Origin: Scyliorhinus canicula
Taxonomy: Eukaryota
Assembly: GCF_902713615.1 (NCBI RefSeq)
Contig: NC_052169.1
Coordinates: 21,692,526-21,756,525 of the forward strand
Length of the DNA: 64,000 nt
Reading direction: 5' to 3'
Below the pieces are notes generated by a model. It did not search any database. It was not told the origin of the DNA and saw only the letters and a program-made list of their open reading frames with translations. Below, piece after piece: positions 1-11,052 of the stretch; position 1 is the first letter of the stretch, and each line of letters starts with the position of its first letter. Position numbers and translations under genes: made by a program.

Positions 1-86
1 GATCGCGTTTTGCGTTGGTTGAGCAAATTGCCAGGAATTGAGCAGGAACTTGCTGTCCTGCTCTTCTGCAAATACTGTTATGACCT

Positions 87-160
<74 letters not shown>
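87..160. repeat. Poly-G run (74 nt)
   Basis: Seen directly; length may be an assembly artefact. Confidence 0.8.
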
Positions 161-161
<1 letters not shown>

Positions 162-579
162 GCGGCCTCCCTTTAAAGGCTGTGTGCTCACGAGAAGCTT
201 CCGACAACCTTCTGGGTCAGAGCGGTACTCGCTAAACCAAGGGTTGCAAACATCAAGCTAAATGGAAGAAGTCACATTCAAAGCATAAAGCGCACTTTGG
301 TCAGACAAAAGCCTGAGTACCATTTCCAAAATAAAATCAACAGCCTGTACGGTTTTGAATTGTACTCAACTTACGGGCTGAAACAGGCACTCTTGAAGGT
401 TTGGGACAGGGAGGGGGTGAGGGGTTTATTATTAAGTCATTCAGTTCTATTAATTTAATTCATATCCCACCAGTTGCCACGGTGGGATTTGAACCCATCT
501 CCCCCTGAGCATTAGCCTGGGCCTCCTGACTCCCGGTATGCCACCATCTCCGTTTGTCCTATCAAATGGGCATAAAAGA

Positions 580-800
580 GGGCAGCACGGTGGCATAGTA
601 GTTAGCACTGCTGCCTACAGCGCTGAGGACCCGGGTTCGAATCCCGGCCCTGGGTCACTGTCCATGTGGAGTTTGCACATTCTCCCTGTGTCTGCGTGGG
701 TTTCACTCCCACAACCCAAAGATGTGCAGGGTAGGATTGGCCTCGCTAAATTGCCCCTTAATTGGAAAAAATAATTGGGTACTCTAAATTAAACAAAAAG
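580..800 (+). mobile_element. HE1-like V-SINE, short poly(A) subfamily, 13-bp TSD
   Basis: tRNA-like head with A and B boxes; TSD tgggcataaaaga at 567-579 and 801-813. Confidence 0.9.
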
Positions 801-813
801 TGGGCATAAAAGA

Positions 814-1210
814 TAGAACATGGAACAGTACAGCACAGAACAGGCCCTTCGGCCGTCGATGTTGTGCTGAGCTTTGTCCGAAACCAAGATCAAGCGATCC
901 CACTCCCTGTCATTCTGGTGTGCTCCATGTGCCTATCCAATAACCACTTGAAAGTTCCTAAAGTGTCCGACTCCACTATCACAGCAGGCAGTCCATTCCA
1001 TACCCTAACCACTCTCTGAGTAAAGAACCTACCTCGGACATCCCTCCTATATCTCCCACCCTGAACCTTATAGTTATGCCCCATTGTAACAGCTACATCC
1101 ACCCGAGGAAATAATCTCTGAACGTCCACTCTATCTATCCCCCTCATCATCTTATAAACCTCTATTAAGTCACCTCTCATCCTCCTTCGCTCCAATGAGA
1201 AAAGCCCTAG
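814..1210 (-). mobile_element. CR1 LINE 3' fragment
   Basis: RRMRGDLIEVYKMM...FFTQRVVRVWN, TGTTCTA tail. Confidence 0.9.
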
Positions 1211-2129
1211 ATTGCTGTGATATTAGTTTGAGGAAGAGCAGTTGTCCCGGACATTATTTATTCCTCAATGAAACTAAAACAGAGTATCGCTGAAAACAGC
1301 GAAGTTTTTTTGCCTCGCGCTCGTCGAGGCACTTCGTAAGAATACCAAATGTAAAGGGGAAACAACAATTTATACTCTACGAGAAGAGATTGCTAATTGG
1401 TTGGCAACTGAATTCTGATTGGTAGAGGTGTTGCCATGGAGAATACACCAGTTGAGGGTGACTGACAGTTAACTGCCAAGCATTGTTTCAAATTAAAACC
1501 AGGCAAATTGACCCTGCTTGGTAACGGCATTGCACTGAGGAATGAGTCAGCCATTCGCTGACCCAACGTCCATGAAGGCACTGCGACCTATTGCCAAGTC
1601 GGGATGGTGGGCGATTTGGATGACATGGGTGTTTTTTACTGCCCCTGGGTTGAGTGTGGGTGGATGGATGGGGAAAGTAACAAAAAAGCTACCTCCTAGA
1701 ATCTGGAATAGTGAAGTTCCTGTACAGAGGAGTCAAAAGCCCCCCCAAGTTATAGGCTTGAACCTGGGGTTAAGCTCGTAAACCGTGTCCAAAAAAATCC
1801 TCATCTTCACGCGAATTATTCCAGCTCTACTTCCTCAAGTGGCTCACGCCGAGGAGGGCTGTAAACCACCTGAAGTCTCTCATTATCCTCATACCCAATT
1901 CTAAACACGCACCATTCTCTCAAAGGCATTTGCTTCAAGCTGCGAGGGACTGCTGTCAAAGCTGCAGCTCCAACTCCCATCAAACTTCCCAACTCCCCAG
2001 TGTCAAGCCCACAACAACTTTTCACTTCACACGTTTTAGCCTGGCGAACGATAGAGTTCAAATCTATAAATCAAAGGCTGGCAGCTTCATCCTCTCCGCT
2101 GCACTTGCCTACCAGCCTCCTCGGGTGTC

Positions 2130-3075
2130 AGCGGTGGCTCGGCAGGCCACACTTTCAGCCCGGAGTCAAAAAGGCTGTGGGTTCAACATCCCAGCTCCAC
2201 AGACTCGCTCACGGATCTTGGCTGACACGCCATACAGGTGCCACCTTTTGGAACCCGTTCTAAAGAGGTCCCCGCTGCTCTCTCAGCTCAAAAAGTTTCA
2301 CAATGCTATTTTCACAGAATAATAAGGTGCAGAAGAGGCCCTTCAGCCCATCGAGTCTGTACTGATGCATGAAAAAACACCTGACCTGCCTATCTAATCC
2401 CATTTGTCAGCACTTGGCCCATAGCCTCGAATGTTAGGACATGCCAAGTGCTGATCCAGGTAGTTTTTAAAGGATGTGAGGCAGCCTGCCTCCACCACCC
2501 TCCCAGGCAGTGCATTCAGTACCGTCATCACCATCTGGGTAAAAAGGATTTTCCTCACATTCCCCCTAAACCTCCTGCTCCCGACCTTGACCTTGTGTCC
2601 CCTTGTGACTGTCCCTTCAACTAAGGGGAACAGCTGCCCCTCAATCTTGTACACCTCAATCAGGTCGCCCCCTCAAGTCTTCTTTGCTCCAACGAAAACA
2701 ACCCAAGCCTATCCAACCTCTCTTCAGAACTGAAATGTTCCTACAACCTTTCCGAAATAGTGGGACCACATTACCAGTCCTCTGGCACCTTACCCGAGCC
2801 CAAAGAGGAATTACAATTTGGGTCAATCTCCTCCCTCGCCTTCCACAGCAGCCTGGGACTCAATCCATCTGGACCTGGAGATTTGTCCACTTTGAAGCCT
2901 GACAACACCTCCATACCTTGTCACTCCCTATGACAATTTGCTCAAGAATAAAAGAATAGGGAAATTTTCTGCGATGTCCTGACCAATATTTATCCGCAAC
3001 CAGCATCACTTGAGCCGAGTATCTGGTCATTATCACATCGCTGTTTGTGGAATCTTGCTGTGCGCAAATTGGATG
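2130..3075 (+). mobile_element. DeuSINE (SacSINE1-like) remnant split by a CR1 insertion; further remnants at about 13800-13885 and 63340-63522 (-)
   Basis: gtcctgaccaatatttatcc...gctgtttgtggaatcttgctgtgcgcaaattgg, recalled as the DeuSINE 3' body. Confidence 0.55.
2318..2735 (-). mobile_element. CR1 LINE 3' fragment
   Basis: LFPLVEGTVTRGH...NALPGRVVEAG. Confidence 0.85.
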
Positions 3076-3189
3076 GTGGATCCTGTCGGATGGTTCCCAG
3101 GGCAGATTGTCAGAGTCATTTGGCGGAGTGCCTCATTGTGAGAACTTTCAAACAAGCAGCAAGGCTTAGGTTGTCTGGTGGTGAGCAGA

Positions 3190-3450
3190 TCGTCCCGGTC
3201 AGATCCTCCCCGCGTGTCCAGAGTCTACTGGAATGCGCCTTGCAAAGCAGGTCTGGAAAGAGGTGCAGTGGTGTTTCTGTTGAGGTTCACCCCGAGCAGC
3301 TCCGTGACACAGGACGCTGTGCCCTGCAGGCCGTTACCAGGGGCGCACACCGAGATAAACATTAACTACAGCCGGAGGACCATCAACCAGGTGAAAGACA
3401 CTCTTTGATCTGCCCAAAACCTGTTAGCCTTCCAGTGCAAAGAGCTGTCA
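3190..3450 (+). mobile_element. Tx1-like L1 ORF2 C-terminal fragment
   Basis: PSSSVTQDAV...PGAHTEININ..RTINQVKDTL, typical of Tx1-type ORF2 ends. Confidence 0.6.
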
Positions 3451-3829
3451 AAGGGTTCTTGGGAGGAGAGGGTTAAAATAAGAGAAGTCAAGTAAAATGT
3501 GCATATATTCTGTGGAGATTAGAGGATGAGAGAGGAGCCGATTAAAACGTATAGAATTTTGAGGATGTTTGACAACTTTAGATGTGGTTTCTTGCTGGCT
3601 GGAGACTCTATAACAGGAGGACACAGTCTCAGGAGAATGTGTCAGCGAGTTAGGACTGAGACACCCTGCTCGGCTCAGAATTATTTCTTGTGCGTCTCGG
3701 CCACTACTTATTCCTAGACATCATCGCCAAGTCTCATCTGTTTTCCTCAAAGACACTCCAGTCAGGCAAAGGCTAGGACTCCACTGCCCAGCCTATGTAA
3801 GCATTCAACATTATCTCCAACACTGCGCC

Positions 3830-6124
3830 CCCCCAAAACCCCGGCCCCCACCAAACCATCAACTCTCCCTATCCTCTCCCCTGACCATATCCCCCTCATC
3901 TCCCCTCCAAACTGCCCCTCCTGCCCAACCCCCTCAACGCCTCCCCCAAATCCCAGCCCATCTCCTCAATCCTTTTCGCAACCTCTTCCACATCCCAACC
4001 CCCCCTCCCCAACCCGGTCCACCTCAACCCCCTCACCCAGCCCAACCCCCTCACAAACCCAACCCCCCTCCCCAACCCGCTCCAATACCCAAACCCCTCC
4101 CCAACCCCTCCCTCACCAACCCGCTCCAATACCCTCACCCCCCCCTCCCCAACCCGCTCCAATACCCCAACCCCCTCACCCACCCCAACCCCAACACCCT
4201 CACCCACCCCAACCCCCTTCCCAACCCACTCCAATACCCCTCCCCCACCTCAACCCCCTCACCCAGCCCAACCCCCTCAACGCCTCACCCAATCCCAACC
4301 CCTCTCCACTATCCTTTTCGCAACCTCTTCCACATCCCAACCCAACCTCCCCAACCCGCTCCAATACCCCAAACCCCTCCCTCACCCCCAACCCCTCACC
4401 AACCAGCTCCAATACCCCAATCCGCTCCAATACCCCAACCCCCTCCCCAACACCCCCACCCACCCCAACCCCCTTCCCAACCCGCTCCAATACCCCTCCC
4501 CCACCTCAACCCCCTCACCCAGCCCAACCCCCTCACAAACCCAACCCCCTCCCCCCACCCCGCTCCAATACCCCAATCCCCTCACCCCCTTCCCAACCCC
4601 CTCACCCACCCCAACCCGCTCCAATACCCCTCCCCCACCTCAACCCCCTCACAAACCCAACCCCCTCCCCCCACCCCACTCCAATACCCCAATCCCCTCA
4701 CCCACCCCGCTCCGCTCCAATACCCCAATCCCCTCACCCACCCCGCTCCAATACCCCAATCCCCTCCCCCTTCCCAACCCCCTCACCCACCCCAACCCGC
4801 TCCAATACCCCTCCCCACCTCAACCCCCTCACCCAGCCCAACCCCCTCACAAACCCTCTCACCCCCCCCTTCCCCACCCTCTCACCCCCCCCCTTCCCCA
4901 CCCTCTCACCCCCCCCCCCTTCCCCATCCTCTCACCCCCCCCCCCCCTTCCCCACCCTCTCACCCTCCCCCCCCCTTCACCCTCTCACCCCCCCTTCCCC
5001 CTCTCACCCCCCCCCTTCACCCTCTCACCCCCCCCCCTTCACCCTCTCACCCCCCCCTTCCCCACCCCCCCCTCCCCACCCTCTCACCCCCCCCTTCCCC
5101 ACCCCCCCCCCCTTCCCCACCCCCCCCACCCTTCCCCACCCCCCCACCCTTCCCCACCCCCCTTCCCCCTCCTTCCCCACCCTCTCACCCCCCCCCTTCC
5201 CCACCCTCTCACCCCCCCCCTTCCCCACCCTCTCACCCCCCCCCCTTCCCCACCCACCCTCTCACCCCCCCCCTTCCCCACCCACCCTCTCACCCCCCCC
5301 CCTTCCCCACCCTCTCACCCCCCCCCCCCCTTCCCCACCCTCTCACCCCCCCCTTCCCCACCCTCTCACCCCCCCCCTTCCCCACCCTCTCACCCCCCCT
5401 TCCCCACCCTCTCACCCCCCCCTTCCCCACCCTCTCACCCCCCCCGTTCCCCTCCCTCTCACCCCCCCCCCCTTCCCCTCCCTCTCACCCCCTCTTCCCC
5501 TCCCTCTCACCCCCTCTTCCCCTCCCTCTCACCCCCCCCTTCCCACCCTCTCACCCCCCCCCTTCCCCACCCTCTCACCCCCCCTTCCCCACCCACCCTC
5601 TCACCCCCCCCCCCTTCCCCACCCACCCTCTCACCCCCCCTTCCCCACCCTCTCACCCCCCCTTCCCCACCCTCTCACCCCCCCCCCCTTCCCCACCCTC
5701 TCACCCCCCCCCTTCCCCACCCTCTCACCCCCCCCCCTTCCCCACCCTCTCACCCCCCCCCCCTTCCCCACCCTCTGCACCCCCCCCCCTCTCCCCACCC
5801 TCTCACCCCCCCCCCTTCCCCCCCCTCTCACCCCCCCCCCTTCCCCACCCTCTCCCCCCCCCCTTCCCCACCCTCTCACCCCCCCCTTCCCCACCCTCTC
5901 ACCCCCCCCCCCTTCCCCACCCTCTCACCCCCCCCCCTTCCCCACCCTCTCACCCCCCCCCCTTCCCCACCCTCTCACCCCCCCCCTTCCCCACCCTCTC
6001 ACCCCCCCTTCCCCACCCACCCTCTCACCCCCCCTTCCCCACCCACCCTCTCACCCCCCCCTTCCCCACCCCCCCTTCCCCACCCACCCTCTCACCCAGC
6101 CCAACCCCCTCCAATACCCCCCCC
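3830..6124. repeat. C-rich (+) / G-rich (-) minisatellite tract in KTI12 intron 1
   Basis: 4850-6090: about 21-nt unit CCCCCC(C)TTCCCCACCCTCTCA. 3900-4850: units with CCCGCTCCAATACCCC. Confidence 0.95.
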
Positions 6125-6128
6125 TTAC

Positions 6129-6279
6129 CGGAATACACCCGGTTTCTCTCCGCCCCCGGGCTCTGCTCTCCCACCGCCGCCACTTTCCGCTGCAGCTTCT
6201 CCCGGACAAACCGGCCCAGCTCGGCCGCCCGGCGGCTCTTGCCGCTGCAGGGGAAGCCGCACACGATGACCAGCGGCAT
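6129..6279 (-). CDS. KTI12: KTI12 (Elongator-associated P-loop protein), coding exon 1; remaining exons not found in window
   Basis: Translates to MPLVIVCGFPCSGKSRRAAELGRFVREKLQRKVAAVGEQSPGAERNRVYS, matching the KTI12 N-terminus with Walker A GxPxSGKS. Ends in phase 1 at G|GTAAG. CpG-rich context. Confidence 0.9.
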
Positions 6280-6430
6280 CGGGGCGGCGGGGACTCGGGG
6301 CCGGGGATCCGGGGCCTGCTCCTTAAAGGCGCTTACCTTTTCCTGTCGGCTCATTAAAGGGGAGGTGCGGCGGCTCACAGCAGCGCCCTCAGGTGGTCCG
6401 GCTCCGCTACTGCAGCTCCGGATGGTCCTC
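6130..6430 (-). promoter_or_regulatory. KTI12 CpG island with CTCF-like motif at 6381-6396
   Basis: CpG-rich. Minus strand reads CCACCTGAGGGCGCTG, close to the CTCF core CCACCAG(A/G)GGGCGC. Confidence 0.5.
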
Positions 6431-6539
6431 TACTGCCCACCTCAAGCCAAGACGACAGAACTGGGGGCTCTTCACATCAGTGCAAATAAAAAAAAACATA
6501 ACAGACAGGTCACTATCTCAAGTTTATATCTTGTTTTAT

Positions 6540-6748
6540 TAAGAAGTCTTACAGCACCAGGTTAAAGTCCAACAGGTTTGTTTCAAACACGAGCTTTCGG
6601 AGCACTGCTCCTTAGGTGAAAAGTGATTCTCCTGAGGAAGGAGCAGTGCTCCGAAAGCTCGTGTTTGAAACAAACCTGTTGGACTTTAACCTGGTGCTGT
6701 AAGACTTCTTACTGTGCTCACCCCAGTCCAACGCCGGCATCTCCACAT
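6540..6748. mobile_element. Penelope-like pseudo-LTR forming a 74-bp perfect inverted repeat
   Basis: 6540-6613 is the exact reverse complement of 6638-6711. Same family as 43423-43660. Confidence 0.8.
6629..6663 (+). ncRNA. Minimal type I hammerhead ribozyme motif (Penelope-associated)
   Basis: CUGAGGA-A-GGAGC(AGU)GCUCC-GAAA-GC-UC: conserved core boxes, 5-bp stem II and palindromic AGCU stem III. Stem I (CUC/GUG) has a mismatch. Confidence 0.6.
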
Positions 6749-6997
6749 TCCTGTTTTATTAAACCAGTGGCTTCAGAAATTGCTGACAAAAGAGGCATAA
6801 ATATGCAAAAAAGAGCACCCTACAAGGCCCACTCCCTACCTAACCTTTTTTGGACACTAAGGGACACATTAGTAAGGTGAATCCACCTGCACATCTTTGG
6901 ACTGTGGGAGGAAACCAGACAGCCCGGAGGAAACCCATGCAGACACGGGAGATATACAAATTCCACACGGTCACCCAAGGTCAGAACTGAACCCAGG

Positions 6998-7226
6998 GAA
7001 CAGCACGGTGGCGCAGTGAGTTAGCCCTGCTGCCTCACAGCGCCGAGGTCCCAGGTTCGATCCCGGCTCTGGGTCACTGTCCGTGAGGAGTTTGCACATT
7101 ATCCCCGTGTTTGCGTGGGTTTCGCCCCCACAACCCAAAGATGTGCAGCGTAGGTGGATTGGCCATGCTAAATTGCCCCTTAATTGGAAAAAAATAATTG
7201 GGTACACTAAATTTATTTTTAAAAAT
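6998..7226 (+). mobile_element. HE1-like SINE (poly(A) subfamily) nested in an opposite-strand HE1 copy (about 6826-7285)
   Basis: TSD tgaacccagg at 6988-6997 and 7227-7236. Confidence 0.88.
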
Positions 7227-7476
7227 TGAACCCAGGTCCCTGGTGCTGTGATGTAGCAGCGCTAGCCACTGTGCCACCATGCCTCCCATGTCACACAAAG
7301 GCCCGACCAGGTAAGGGCGGCAGATTACACTCCCGAAATCACAGGTGGGTTTTTATTTCATGAATTGAATTCTTTAAATTCCACCAGCTGCCCATGTCCC
7401 CAGAGAATTGGCTGAATCTGTGGGTTACTAGTCCAGCTGTAATAGTACCACACTCCCATTTCCCTCAACTGCATTA

Positions 7477-8106
7477 TGTCATGTGAGATTACCTTTAAGA
7501 AATGGGTGTTTATAAATGAGTGTGCATATAAATATCTGTAGTGAGAGTACCTTTAAGAAATGGGTCTTTACTACTGCAGTGATGTCAGAGTGTGGGTGGA
7601 GCTGAGCTGTCTGTCAGCTTTTTACTTTCATTTTAGGCTGTTAGCTGCAGTGTGTGCTTTAGTTTAGTTTTCAGTGTTGGAGCTGAAGCCAGACAGAGCA
7701 GGTGTACTGTTGATCTCTCTGCCATGAAAAGATTATCTCTTGATCATTTGGTGAAATCGGAATTATAAATATTCTCAGTAGTGAATGTCAACCTAATGTG
7801 CTTCTGTTAAAATGTGTTTCTTAAGTCTTCTGGATGTTAAAAGGACACCTTACAGATTATTTAGTGTTGTATTCTTTGGGGGTTGTATTTGAATTAATGG
7901 CTGCTAAGATGTTCACTGTTTGTTTTAAAAAGTTAACTTGAATTCATAGAATAAACATTGTTTTGCTTAAAAAAATACTTTTCTATTTCTGCTGTACCAC
8001 ACCTTAGAGTGGGCCGTGTGCTCCCCATACCACAATCTTGTAAAAGTTGTGGGTCAGGTGAACTCCATGAAACACTTTGGAGTTCTCTAAACCCTGGCCC
8101 ATAACA
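7477..8106 (+). repeat. 5' LTR of the Gypsy element (630 bp)
   Basis: TGTCAT...ATAACA termini, internal AATAAA at about 7950, directly followed by the PBS. Confidence 0.8.
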
Positions 8107-8109
8107 AAT

Positions 8110-8127
8110 TGGGGGCTCGTCCGGGAT
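8110..8127 (+). other. Primer-binding site for tRNA-Pro
   Basis: TGGGGGCTCGTCCGGGAT, complementary to the 3' 18 nt of tRNA-Pro. Confidence 0.9.
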
Positions 8128-8727
8128 AAAGTTTATCTATTGGATTGGCTTAGTGAATGTAAAGACAGTGAGGGCTGACATATTGTGGTTGCTTATCAGG
8201 TGTGGTGTTTTAGTTTAAGTGGGGAGTGTGTTGTGGACAATGGCTCTTTCAGAGGCTCTGAAGTTTTTGGGGGTGGAGACGGTCACACGCAGTACCTTAA
8301 GGACAGAGACTAAAAGCAGACTGTTAGATTTGGCAAAAACATTGCAGTTAACATTACCTGACAAAATGCGAAAAGGTGAGGTAATTATGGCTAAGCATTT
8401 AAAGTTGCCTGAGATAGAGTCTGACTCATTGGAAATGGCAGAAATTCAGTTACAACTGAAACAAATGGAACATGGGAAAGAATTAAAGCGGCTTGAATAC
8501 GAAAGAGAGAGAGAGGGGAAAAAGAAAGAGAAAGGGATATACAGATCAGGGAAAAAGATATAGAGAGAGAGTTTGAACTTCAGAAAATGGCCATGAAACA
8601 TGACACTCAGTTAAAATTGGCAGGCGTAAATGGAAACGTACAGTTGGATGATAGTGATTAAGATAGTGCGAAAGAGCATCAGAGTTGAAGACTTGGTGGG
8701 GATCTATTTAAATATGTCCAAGCATAC

Positions 8728-8910
8728 AGGGGCTGGTTTAGCTCACTGCGCTAAATTGCTGGCTTTTAAAGCAAGCCAGCAGCATGGTTCAATTCCCGTA
8801 CCTGCCTCCCCGGACAGGCGCCGGAATGTGGCGACTAGGGGCTTTTCACAGTAACTTCATTGAAGCCTACTCGTGACAATAAGCGATTTTCATTTTCATT
8901 CATTTCATTT
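8728..8910 (+). mobile_element. Short tRNA-derived SINE with tail X and (TTTCA)n end (also 36713-36880 and 62340-62481 on -)
   Basis: ggggctggtttagctca...ggttcaattccc head; caggcgccggaatgtggcgactagggg tail; interrupts Gypsy gag. Confidence 0.8.
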
Positions 8911-10687
8911 CCTTGCCAAGGTTTGACGAGAAGGAAGTGGAAGCCTTTTTCATTTCATTTGAGAAGGTAGCTAAACAAATGAAATGGCCACAGGACATGT
9001 GGCTAGTGAAGTGAAGTGTTTGCAATACTACCGGAGGAGGTCTCTGGGACGTATGAGGAGGTGAAAAAAATCCATTTTAGGTGCATATGAACTAGTGCCT
9101 GAAGCCTACAGCCAAAGGTTTAGAAATTTAAGGAAAGAATTTGGTCAAACTTACATGGAGTTTGAAAGGATCAAACATTAATTTTGATAGGTGGATAAGG
9201 GCTTTGAAAATAGGCCAAATGTATGAAGCTCTCAGAGAAATTATGCTTTTGGAGGAGTTTAAAAGTTCAATTCCTGATGTTGTGAGAACTTATGTGGAAG
9301 AGCAGAGGTTAAAACTGTGAGATTAGCAGCAGAAATGGCAGATGATTATGAATTAGTTCATAAATCAAAGCTTGGTTTCCGACATCAGTTTCAGCCTGTG
9401 AGGGATAGAAATTGGGGACATGAGAAATACTCAAGTGGTAAAGGTAAAGGTGATCTGATGGGTGACAATAAAGAGAGTGTACCTCAGATTAAAAAAGAAA
9501 TCCAGGAGGATGGAAGAGACATGAAAAGTTTCAAATGTTTTCACTGTAATAAACTAGGCCATGTAAAGTCACAGTGTTGGTGGTTGAATAAAAGCACTGG
9601 GAAGGCTGATGTGGTAAAACAGGATAAGACAGTGGGGTTTGTTAAAGTGGTAAAGGAAAGCCCAAGTGAAGCGAAGGAGGTGCAAAAGATTGTACAGCCT
9701 GATCAAGAGGTGATTGATAAGAAGGTGTCAGATCTCTTTTAAAAATGTACTTGTGTGGCTAAAGTTTGCTCATGTGTATCAAGAGGAGCAGGTAAAGAAG
9801 TCACAATTTTAAGAGATACGGGAGCTAGTCAATCTTTAATGGTAAGAGATGAGGAGTTATGTAGTTTGGGAAGAATGTTGCCAGAAAAGGTGGTAATATG
9901 TGGAATTCAGGGTGAGAGGAGTAGCGTTCCATTATATAAGGTAAGGTTGGAAAATCCAGTGAAGAGTGGTGAAGTGGTAGTAGGAGTAATAGAGAAACTA
10001 TCTTGTCCAGGAATACAGTTTATCTTGGGTAATGATATAGCTGGATCGCAGGTGGGAGTGATGCCTACTGTGGCTGATAAGCCAGTGGAAAATCAGACAA
10101 CTGAAGTGTTGAAGGACAAATATCCTGGGATGTTTCCGGATTGTGTAGTGACAAGGTCGCAAAGTCATAGGTTAAGACAAGAGGAAAAATCAAAGAGTGA
10201 AGATGACGTTGAAATGCAATTATCAGAAACGATTTTTGATCAGATGGTTGAAAAAGAACAAGAACAGGTGGAGGATGAGGCAGATATTTTTAGTTCAGGA
10301 AAATTGGTGGAGTTACAACAGAAAGATGTAGAAATAAAACGGATATATACGGAAGAGAAATCTGAGTGTATACCAGAGTGTTATTACCGTAAAAGTGATG
10401 TCTTGATGAGAAAATGGGGATCTGTACATCTGCAGGCGGATGAAAAGTGGGCAGAAGTTCATCAAGTAGTATTGCCGGTAGGGTATAGAAAGGAGGTGTT
10501 GCGAGTTGCACATGAGGTACCAGTGGGAGGTCATTTAGGAATAAGGAAAACTCAAGCTAAAATCCAGAAACATTTTTAGTGGCCTGGACTACATAAAGAT
10601 GTAGTTAAATTTTGTCAATCATGTCACACATGTCAAGTGATAGGGAAACCTCAAGCAGTAATAAAACCAGCACCCTTAATACCAATT

Positions 10688-11052
10688 ACATAGAACAGTA
10701 CAGCACCAAACAGGCCCTTCGGCCCTCGATGTTGTGCCGAGCCATGATCACCCTACTCAAACCCACGTATCCACCCTATACCCGTAACCCAACAACCCCC
10801 CCCCCCCCCCCCAACCTTACTTTTTAGGACACTATGGGCAATTTAGCATGGCCAATCCACCTAACCCGCACATCTTTGGACTGTGGGAGGAAACCGGAGC
10901 ACCCGGAGGAAACCCACGCACACACGGGGAGGACGTGCAGACTCCGCACAGACAGTGACCCAGCCGGGAATCGAACCTGGGACTCTGGAGCTGTGAAGCA
11001 TTTATGCTAACCACCATGCTACCGTGCTGCCCGCACCATGCTACCGTGCTGC
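10688..11052 (-). mobile_element. HE1-like SINE with CR1-type tail, inserted in the Gypsy integrase
   Basis: Tail agggcctgtttggtgctgtactgttctatg; duplicated 5' end at 11002-11052; integrase resumes after it. Confidence 0.9.

Noticed and set aside
1-84. KTI12 exon 2 or a WDR73 exon after the poly-C tract (minus strand)
   Set aside because: No frame resembles the expected KTI12 continuation (DSxKEK...LDSLNYIKG) or WDR73 as I recall them.
87-160. Functional 74-nt poly-G element (and shorter G runs inside the L1)
   Set aside because: Homopolymer length is unreliable in a gapped draft assembly and cannot be judged from sequence alone.
3896-5894. Several Gly-rich ORFs
   Set aside because: Translations of the G-rich tandem repeat.
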